This document shows, in pieces, positions 8,132-14,300 of a DNA stretch of 14,300 nucleotides. Source of the stretch: Candidatus Methylomirabilota bacterium (GTDB lineage: Bacteria > Methylomirabilota > Methylomirabilia > Rokubacteriales > CSP1-6). The notes under the pieces were generated by a model. The model had not been told where the DNA came from, made no database searches, and saw nothing but the letters and a program-made list of their open reading frames with translations. The position numbers and the translations under genes were made by a program. Location: positions 1 through 14,300 of the forward strand of contig JBKPAK010000238.1 of assembly GCA_046726415.1 (NCBI GenBank). Direction: 5' to 3'. Numbering within the stretch: position 1 is the stretch's first letter; each line of letters starts with the position of its first letter.

Positions 8132-8806
8132 TCAAGCCGGAAGAAGGGCGGCGATGTCGCCCATGATTTTCTCGGTCACGTCGGCCCGAGTCAGCCGTGG
8201 GCCTGAACCATTGGCCGGGGCGAAGCGCCGCGCGGGGCCGAAGCGTACCCGCACCGGGTGCCGACGTGGAACGTAGAAACGCCGGCGACTGAGAGCCTCG
8301 TAGGTGCCACAAATGCCCGCGGCCACGACGGGTACGCGCGCGCGGAGCGCGAGCAACGCCACCCCCGGCAGCCCCCGCTCGAGCTGACCGCGCATGCTAG
8401 ACGGCCCTTCGGGAAAGATCCCCACGATGCGGCCTTCCTGAAGAGTGCGCAGAGCGCGGCGGAGCGCTCCCGCGTCAGGCCGTTCGAGATTGATGGGAAT
8501 GGAGCCGATGCCATCGTGGAAGAACGGATGGAGGGGGGTGGCGCGATACACGCGCGGCATCACGATGAACGCAATGGGCTCAGGGACGACGAGGCCGAGG
8601 ATCACGCCGTCTAGATAGTTGTGATGGTTTGCGGCGATGATGTAGGGCCCGCGGGCGGGCAGGTATTCGCTGCCCTCCACGGCGAGGGAGAAGAAGCGCG
8701 ACGCCCAGGGGCGCAGCCAAGACCGCAGCGTCTGGTACAGCGGAAGGGGTGGGGGAGGAGTGGCTCCGGCGTCCGCATCGGCAGGAATGGCCGTAGTGCG
8801 AGACAT
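8132..8806 (-). CDS. Lysophospholipid acyltransferase family protein (PlsC-like)
   Basis: IIAANHHNYLD (HX4D catalytic motif), GIFPEG, PVV..GI.GT, VRVRFG. Substrate uncertain because the acceptor motifs are divergent. Confidence 0.85.
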   Translation of the reverse strand: MSRTTAIPADADAGATPPPPLPLYQTLRSWLRPWASRFFSLAVEGSEYLPARGPYIIAANHHNYLDGVILGLVVPEPIAFIVMPRVYRATPLHPFFHDGIGSIPINLERPDAGALRRALRTLQEGRIVGIFPEGPSSMRGQLERGLPGVALLALRARVPVVAAGICGTYEALSRRRFYVPRRHPVRVRFGPARRFAPANGSGPRLTRADVTEKIMGDIAALLPA

Positions 8807-8817
8807 GCTCGCTCGCC

Positions 8818-8826
8818 CTTATAGCA
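8818..8826 (-). promoter_or_regulatory. Putative extended -10 element (TGcTATAAG) upstream of the acyltransferase
   Basis: Minus strand reads TGCTATAAG, an AT-rich patch ending 11 nt before the ATG. ATGACG 16 nt upstream could act as a -35. The last hexamer base is non-consensus. Confidence 0.4.
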
Positions 8827-8838
8827 CGAAAGACGCGC

Positions 8839-9015
8839 GCGTCATTGTACCAGGGACCGCCCGGCCGGCTTGGACCGCAGATGGCCGGTTCGGGGTGGCC
8901 GGGGCGTCATTGTACCGGGGACCGCGCGGCCGGCTTGGACCGCAGATGGCCGGTTCGGGGCGGCCTGGGCGTCATTGTACCGGGGACCGCGCGGCCGGCT
9001 TGGACCGCAGGTGGC
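8839..9015. repeat. 65-bp tandem direct repeat, about 2.7 copies
   Basis: Units start at 8839, 8904 and 8969 (GCGTCATTGTACC[A/G]GGGACCGC[C/G]CGGCCGGCTTGGACCGCAGATGGCCGGTTCGGGG..). Units 1 and 2 differ at 4 of 65 positions. Partial unit 3 matches unit 2 at 46 of 47 positions. Confidence 0.95.
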
Positions 9016-9042
9016 TGATCGGCGCACATGGTGTCGTCGGCG

Positions 9043-10044
9043 TTAGCCCCGTGGGCGCGTCAGGCGATAGCGGGTGACCGCGGCGTTGTGCTGCTCCAAG
9101 GTGGTCGAAAACTCGTGGCGCCGGTCGTCCATCGCGACGAAATAGAGGTACGGAACGGGAGCGGGGTCCAGCACCGCCTCGATGGACGACATTCCGGGGC
9201 TGGCGATTGGCCCGGGAGGCAGCCCGGGTTGGCGGTAGGTGTTGTAGGGATGGTCGGTATCGAGGTCGGCCCGCGTGAGCGTTCCACGCTGCCGGCGGAC
9301 GGCGTACTGGACCGTCGGGTCCGCCTGGAGGGGCATCGCGCGCTGGAGGCGGTTCCAGAAGACCGCCGCGATGAGTCGACGCTCCTCCGGCACCACAGCT
9401 TCCCGCTCCACGATGGAGGCCAGGGTGAGAAGCTGATGCACGCTCATCCCGCGCGCGGCGGCCCGGGCCACGATGTCCGGCGTGAGCTTCGTCCGCAGCC
9501 GCTGGACCATCCGGGTCAGGATCTCCTCCGGGGTCATGCCCCGCACGAACTGATAGGTGTCGGGAAAGAGATAACCCTCCAGGCGGGGAGCGTCGACCGC
9601 AAGGGTCCGGAGGAAGGGGGGGTCGCTGGCCGCCCGCTCGATGCCGTCGGCCGATGCGAGCCGCGACGCCTCCAGCGCACGCGCCAGCTCGGCCACCGTC
9701 GCACCTTCCGGATGGAGCACGACGTGCTGTCGCACCACGCCCGCCGCGATCCTCGACAGTACCGCGGGTGTGGCGGCTCCCTGTGGGAACTCGTACTCCC
9801 CGGGTTTGAGTCGGCGGGCCTGGCCGCCCAGCACGCTCAGGGCCATGAAGCCGACCGGGCTCCGAATCACCCCCGCCGCGCGCAGACGCTCGGCGATCGC
9901 GCGTAGACCCTCGTGCGGAGGGATCTCGACCACTCGGGGACCCCCCTCGATAGCGGCCGTCGGCGTGAACACCCGCCAGGCCTCGATGGCCAGGGCGACC
10001 ATGCCGAGGGCGAGGAGGGCTCCTAGCGCGACCCGCCACCGCAT
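9043..10044 (-). CDS. mltG: Endolytic transglycosylase MltG (YceG family)
   Basis: N-terminal TM, LKPGEY, LEGYLFPDTY, catalytic LASIVERE, NRL...LQADPTVQY, PYNTY..PGLPPGPIASPG, YLYFVA. Confidence 0.96.
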   Translation of the reverse strand: MRWRVALGALLALGMVALAIEAWRVFTPTAAIEGGPRVVEIPPHEGLRAIAERLRAAGVIRSPVGFMALSVLGGQARRLKPGEYEFPQGAATPAVLSRIAAGVVRQHVVLHPEGATVAELARALEASRLASADGIERAASDPPFLRTLAVDAPRLEGYLFPDTYQFVRGMTPEEILTRMVQRLRTKLTPDIVARAAARGMSVHQLLTLASIVEREAVVPEERRLIAAVFWNRLQRAMPLQADPTVQYAVRRQRGTLTRADLDTDHPYNTYRQPGLPPGPIASPGMSSIEAVLDPAPVPYLYFVAMDDRRHEFSTTLEQHNAAVTRYRLTRPRG

Positions 10045-10053
10045 GATTCGTCG

Positions 10054-10059
10054 AGTCTA
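10054..10059 (-). promoter_or_regulatory. Putative -10 hexamer (TAGACT) for mltG
   Basis: TAGACT ends 9 nt upstream of the mltG ATG; no Shine-Dalgarno is visible. Confidence 0.4.
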
Positions 10060-10087
10060 CATAGGGTGGGCCGCGGCGCGCCAGCTT

Positions 10088-10096
10088 TGTTATACT
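10088..10096 (+). promoter_or_regulatory. Extended -10 promoter (TGtTATACT) for rpoA
   Basis: Near-consensus TGnTATAAT match in the 97-bp divergent mltG/rpoA spacer, with no recognisable -35. Followed by a hairpin (10104-10120) and SD AAGGGGG (10130-10136). Confidence 0.65.
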
Positions 10097-10141
10097 GCGG
10101 GGTCGGGGCTTGGCGCCCCGGAATTCCTCAAGGGGGTCTTC

Positions 10142-11137
10142 ATGTTGGAGCTTGAGCTCCCCACCCGTCACGAATGGATCGCCCAGGAGCCGACCTACGG
10201 CAAGCTGGCCATCGACGCCTTCGAGGCGGGCTTTGCCCTGACCGTCGGCAATGCCTACCGCCGCGTGCTGCTGTCCGCGATCCACGGAGCGGCTCCGACC
10301 TGGGTGAAGATCGCGGGGGTCCTCCACGAGTTCTCGCACCTGCCGGGCGTGACCGAGGATACCCTCGACATCATGCTCAATCTCCGGAAGGTGGTCTTCA
10401 AGCTCCACGTGAACCGGCCTAAAATCTTGCGCCTAAAGGCCCAAGGGGTCGGCCTGGTCAAGGCGGGGGACTTCGAGGCCGATGCCGACGCGGAGATCCT
10501 CACCCCAGACATCGTGCTAGCCACGCTTGACAAGGACGGCTCGGTCGAGATGGAGGTCTGCGTCGAACGGGGGCGGGGCTACGCGGCCGCCGAGAAACGC
10601 GAGCCAGAGGCGCTCCCCATCCATGCCATTCTCCTCGACGCCGACTTCTCGCCCGTCACGCGGGTAAACCAGCATGTGGAGGAGTTGGAGGATGGGCGCG
10701 AGCGTTTGATCCTGGAGGTGTGGACCAACGGCGCTGTCACGCCGGCGGTGGCGGTGGCCGAGGCCTCTCGGCTGCTCGAGGACCATTTCGACCTCTTGAC
10801 CGAGTTCCCCGACGCAGCGCCGCCCGAGGAGACTGTGGAGGTGGGGGAAGAACCCCGCCCGCGCGCGGAGCTGAACGAAAACCTCTTCCGCAATGTAGAC
10901 GAGCTGGAGCTGTCCGTCCGGGCTTCCAACTGCCTCAAGACCGCCAACATCCGGACTATCGCGGACTTGGTGCAGAAGTCGGAGTCCGAGCTGCTCAAGA
11001 CCAAGAACTTCGGCAAGAAGTCCCTCAACGAGATCAAAACCATTCTGGGTGAGATGGGGCTAGCCCTGGGCATGCGGCTCGATCCCGAGGAGCTGGAGCG
11101 CCTGCGGGCCCAGTTCGAGAAGGCGTTCGAGGGGTAG
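10142..11137 (+). CDS. rpoA: DNA-directed RNA polymerase subunit alpha (stand-alone, divergent NTD)
   Basis: GNAYRRVLLS, GVLHEFS..PGV.ED, RGRGY, LDADFSPV, LEVWTNG; CTD VDELELSVRASNCLK...ELLKTKNFGKKSLNEI. Start ATG 10142 after an SD; 331 aa. Confidence 0.96.
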   Translation: MLELELPTRHEWIAQEPTYGKLAIDAFEAGFALTVGNAYRRVLLSAIHGAAPTWVKIAGVLHEFSHLPGVTEDTLDIMLNLRKVVFKLHVNRPKILRLKAQGVGLVKAGDFEADADAEILTPDIVLATLDKDGSVEMEVCVERGRGYAAAEKREPEALPIHAILLDADFSPVTRVNQHVEELEDGRERLILEVWTNGAVTPAVAVAEASRLLEDHFDLLTEFPDAAPPEETVEVGEEPRPRAELNENLFRNVDELELSVRASNCLKTANIRTIADLVQKSESELLKTKNFGKKSLNEIKTILGEMGLALGMRLDPEELERLRAQFEKAFEG

Positions 11138-11186
11138 GCGATCGAGCGCGCTCAGCGTTCGAGGGGCAGGCGAGGGAGCGCGCTCA
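11123..11186. repeat. 32-bp tandem duplication at the convergent rpoA/dapL junction
   Basis: 11123-11154 gcgttcgaggggtaggcgatcgagcgcgctca versus 11155-11186 gcgttcgaggggcaggcgagggagcgcgctca (29/32 identical). Each copy contains the palindrome GAGCGCGCTC. Confidence 0.9.
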
Positions 11187-12419
11187 GAGCCTGATCTGAC
11201 TCTTGATCCGCGCCACGGCCTCCTCCGTCTGCTCGCGCCCTCCGAATGCGGTGAGGCGGAAGTACCCCTCGCCGCTGGGCCCGAAGCCGGAGCCGGGCGT
11301 GCCAACGACATGGGCTTCGCCCAGGAGCTTGTCGAAGAAGTCCCAAGAAGACAGCCCGGCCGGGGTCTTGATCCAGATGTACGGTGCGTTGCGCCCCCCG
11401 TACACCGTCAGTCCCGCCGCCTCCACGCCTTCGCGAATGATCCGGGCATTATCCATGTAGAAGTCGACCAGGGTCCGCGCTTGGCGCTGCCCCTCGTCGG
11501 TGTAGACGGCGGCCGCGCCGCGTTGGATCACGTACGGCACGCCATTGAACTTGGTTGATTGACGGCGGAGCCACAGTGCATGCAGCTCCACGGCATCACC
11601 GACCGCAGTCCGCCCCACGACGTCTTTGGGCACCACCGTGAACGCGCAGCGGGTGCCGGTGAAACCGGCCGTCTTGGAGAAGCTCCGAAACTCGATGGCC
11701 ACCTCGCGCGCGCCTTCGACCTCGAAGATGGAGTGGGGGATGTCGGGATCGCGGATGTACGCCTCATAGGCCGCGTCGTAGAGCAGGATGGCGCCGTTCT
11801 CGCGCGCGTAGTCCACCCAGCGCTTGAGGGTAGTCCGGCTCATCACCGCGCCGGTCGGGTTGTTCGGGTAGCAGAGGTAGATGAGGTCGACCATGTCCGC
11901 GGGGAGGGCCGGCAGGAACTCGGTGTCGGCCGTGCACGGCAAATAGACGAACCGCTCGTAGCGCCCCGTCTCATCGGCATGGCCGGAGCGTCCGGCCATG
12001 ACGTTGCTGTCGACATAGACGGGGTACACCGGGTCGGTCAGGGCCACCACGGACTCCACTGAAAAGATCTCCTGAATGTTCCCGCTGTCGCTCTTGGCGC
12101 CGTCGCTCACGAAGATCTCGTCGGGGGCGATCGACACGCCGCGCGTCGCGTAGTCGTGCTTGGCGATCAGTTCGGTGAGGAACTCGTACCCGGGCTCGGG
12201 CCCGTACCCCCGGAATGTCTCGGGACGCGCCATCTCGTCGACGGCTTCGTGTAGTGCCCAGATCACCGCCGGCGGCAGTGGCCGAGTGACGTCGCCGATG
12301 CCGAGGCGGATGATCTTCGCGGAGGGGTGGGCGTCCTGAAAGGCCTTCACGCGCCGGGCGATCTCCGTGAAGAGGTAGCTGCTCTTGAGCTTCAGGTAGT
12401 GCTCGTTGATGCGCGCCAC
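11184..12419 (-). CDS. dapL: LL-diaminopimelate aminotransferase
   Basis: [56 protein letters not shown] lysine motif [29 protein letters not shown] at 12428-12433. Confidence 0.96.
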   Translation of the reverse strand: MARINEHYLKLKSSYLFTEIARRVKAFQDAHPSAKIIRLGIGDVTRPLPPAVIWALHEAVDEMARPETFRGYGPEPGYEFLTELIAKHDYATRGVSIAPDEIFVSDGAKSDSGNIQEIFSVESVVALTDPVYPVYVDSNVMAGRSGHADETGRYERFVYLPCTADTEFLPALPADMVDLIYLCYPNNPTGAVMSRTTLKRWVDYARENGAILLYDAAYEAYIRDPDIPHSIFEVEGAREVAIEFRSFSKTAGFTGTRCAFTVVPKDVVGRTAVGDAVELHALWLRRQSTKFNGVPYVIQRGAAAVYTDEGQRQARTLVDFYMDNARIIREGVEAAGLTVYGGRNAPYIWIKTPAGLSSWDFFDKLLGEAHVVGTPGSGFGPSGEGYFRLTAFGGREQTEEAVARIKSQIRL

Positions 12420-12468
12420 GAATATATCTCCTCGCGGGCGAGCGCCATCGGGTCGCCGCGCCCCGATT

Positions 12469-14300
12469 CTAGCAGATCGTTTCGGGATCGAGGCAGTAGC
12501 GGTCGTGGCGTCGAGACGCCCAGGTCGTCACCTTGAGTGAGCGCCCATCGGTCTCGAAAATGACCGCGCCGTCGCGATCGGTTCGATAGATCGTGGCCCC
12601 CGCCCGAACGAGGCGCGCGATGACTTCGGGACTGGGGTGGCCATAGGTCCCGCGCGTCCCCACGGAGATCACCGCGATCAGGGGTCGGACGGCCGCGAGG
12701 AACTCACTCGTCGTGGAACCGCGGGCGCCGTGGTGCGCGACTTTGAGCACGGTGGCCGCGAGGGGAGTCCTGCGCCGCAGCAGCCCGCTTTCGGTCCGCG
12801 CGGTGATATCAGACGCCAAGAGGAAGGACGCGAAGCCCAGCTCGAGTCTCAGGGCCAAGGCGGCGTCGTTCCGAGTCCGAGCATCGTGGCCGGCCACGAC
12901 CAGGGAGGGGTCGCTCAGTGCCGTGACCTCGATACCCCCCAGATGAGCTCGGGACAGGGTCTCAGCGATCCCTGAGTCGGCCACGCGGAAACGACGCCGG
13001 ATGGCCGCCATCCCGCCGGCGTGGTCGAGATCCGCGTGGGTGACCACCGCCGCGGCGAGCGAGAGGTGGCCGCGATTCCAGAGAAACGGCGCGACCACCC
13101 GTTCACCGGTGTCGAGCCTGTGGGGGCCGCCGGGCCCAGCATCGATCACTGCGGCGCGTCGGTCGGGAGTCTCCACGACGATGGCATCGCCTTGACCGAC
13201 GTCGAGCACGGTGATGCGAAGCTGGCCATCGCCGGGCCGGATGATCGGCCAGACCTCGAGCGCGGCGGCGGTTAGGAAGAGCATTGCGGCGGAGGTGGCG
13301 AACGCCCAGGCACGCCCCGCCGGATTAGCGCGCCTCTTCCACGCGAACAGTGCGAGCCCGAGCGCGCTCGCGTAGGCCATCACTGCCGTCCACGGCGGGG
13401 CGGGGAGGTGGATCACCGCGCCGGGTACAGACGCGGCCACCATGACGACGGCTCGGAGCGCGACGAGCACCGGCCACGCGGCGTTGAGGAGGAGGTTGCC
13501 CCCGGAGGCGGCGATCATGGCGAGTGCAGTACCAGCCAGGCCGACGATCGTTGCCATTCCCGCCAGCGGCACCACGGCGAGGTTGGCGATCACGCCGATG
13601 GTAGAGACCTGATTGAAGTGGAAGAGGGTGACCGGCAGCACGGCCAGTTGGGCGGCCACGCTGACGGCCAAAGCGCCGAGAAGTATGCTCCGGGGCAGTG
13701 GCATCAGGACAATTCCCACGGTAGCGGCGAACGAGAGCTGGAAGCCGGGATCGAAGAGATCTCCGGGGCGCACGGCCAGGACGATGAGCGCGGCGAGGGC
13801 GAGGCTATTCAGCACGGAAGGCTCGCGCTCGAGCAGGATGGCGCCGAGCACGAGCACCCCCATGATGGTGGCCCGTAGCACCGACGGCTCCGGCCCGACC
13901 ACGAAGGCGAAGCCGATGACCGCCACTATCGCCGCCGTCGCCGCCACCCGGCGGCCCGCTCGGGCCACCACGAGCAACGTGAAAACCGAGGAGGCGAGGA
14001 GGACAACATTGAAACCGGAAACGGCGAGCACGTGATACACGCCGGCGCGGCGGAAGGCATCGGTGAGGTCGTGCGGGAGGGTTGTCCGATCACCCAGCAG
14101 CAGACCACCGAGGAGCGCTGCCGAGGTCGGGGGCAACGCCTCGCGCATGACGTCCAGTGCGCGGCGCTTGACTCGCACCGGCCACGGAGGAGTTGGGTCA
14201 TCGAGTGGCACGACCCGATCGGCGCGCCCCGTGCCGACCACGTGAATGCCCTCGCGCGCGAGGTACGCCCCGTAGTCGAAGACGCCCGGGTTGCGAAAGC
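12469..14300 (-). CDS. comEC: DNA uptake channel ComEC/Rec2 (5' end outside window)
   Basis: Frame stays open upstream of 14241 to the window edge ([18 protein letters not shown], the ComEC NPG.FDY motif). Competence domain [25 protein letters not shown] domain [28 protein letters not shown]. Confidence 0.95.
   Translation of the reverse strand, partial: FRNPGVFDYGAYLAREGIHVVGTGRADRVVPLDDPTPPWPVRVKRRALDVMREALPPTSAALLGGLLLGDRTTLPHDLTDAFRRAGVYHVLAVSGFNVVLLASSVFTLLVVARAGRRVAATAAIVAVIGFAFVVGPEPSVLRATIMGVLVLGAILLEREPSVLNSLALAALIVLAVRPGDLFDPGFQLSFAATVGIVLMPLPRSILLGALAVSVAAQLAVLPVTLFHFNQVSTIGVIANLAVVPLAGMATIVGLAGTALAMIAASGGNLLLNAAWPVLVALRAVVMVAASVPGAVIHLPAPPWTAVMAYASALGLALFAWKRRANPAGRAWAFATSAAMLFLTAAALEVWPIIRPGDGQLRITVLDVGQGDAIVVETPDRRAAVIDAGPGGPHRLDTGERVVAPFLWNRGHLSLAAAVVTHADLDHAGGMAAIRRRFRVADSGIAETLSRAHLGGIEVTALSDPSLVVAGHDARTRNDAALALRLELGFASFLLASDITARTESGLLRRRTPLAATVLKVAHHGARGSTTSEFLAAVRPLIAVISVGTRGTYGHPSPEVIARLVRAGATIYRTDRDGAVIFETDGRSLKVTTWASRRHDRYCLDPETIC

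Noticed and set aside
8839-9015. 65-bp periodic repeat as a CRISPR mini-array
   Set aside because: The whole unit is repeated, so there are no unique spacers, and no cas genes are in the window.
8842-9027. 61-aa ORF across the tandem repeat
   Set aside because: The 65-bp period shifts frame between units, and there is no SD or protein-like signal.
9641-10141. 167-aa N-terminal extension of RpoA in the ORF track
   Set aside because: It is antisense to mltG and low-complexity Ala/Arg/Ser. Homology, SD and promoter all point to ATG 10142.
9016-11186. mltG-rpoA block flanked by repeats as a mobile element
   Set aside because: The two flanking repeats are unrelated tandem duplications, not target-site or terminal repeats. 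There is no integrase or transposase and no obvious compositional shift.
12420-12433. GAGGAGATATA resembling the T7 gene 10 vector RBS
   Set aside because: Short match only, natively positioned as the dapL SD, and no other vector sequence is nearby.

Overview
GC-rich bacterial chromosomal segment of mostly housekeeping genes, nearly all on the minus strand. In transcription order: comEC (5' end outside window), dapL, [rpoA on the + strand], mltG, a 65-bp tandem repeat, a PlsC-family acyltransferase, argH, an FN3-repeat lipoprotein, dapA, dapB, folB, folK, an ECF sigma factor, a transmembrane anti-sigma factor, and a large GT-C-like membrane protein. That last ORF runs off the left edge and is missing from the ORF track. 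The standout is a stand-alone RNA polymerase alpha subunit gene (10142..11137). It lies outside the rpsM-rpsK-rpsD-rpoA-rplQ operon and has its own extended -10 promoter and an intact alpha-CTD. Its NTD has lost two near-universal motifs, including a 4-residue deletion in the RV(G/E)Q-TDYD loop. It is a candidate specialised alpha paralog, possibly part of a heterodimeric alpha pair; this is inference. Style and gene order suggest a lineage such as Ca. Rokubacteria/Methylomirabilota, which is a guess. No rRNA, tRNA, CRISPR array or mobile element was recognised.
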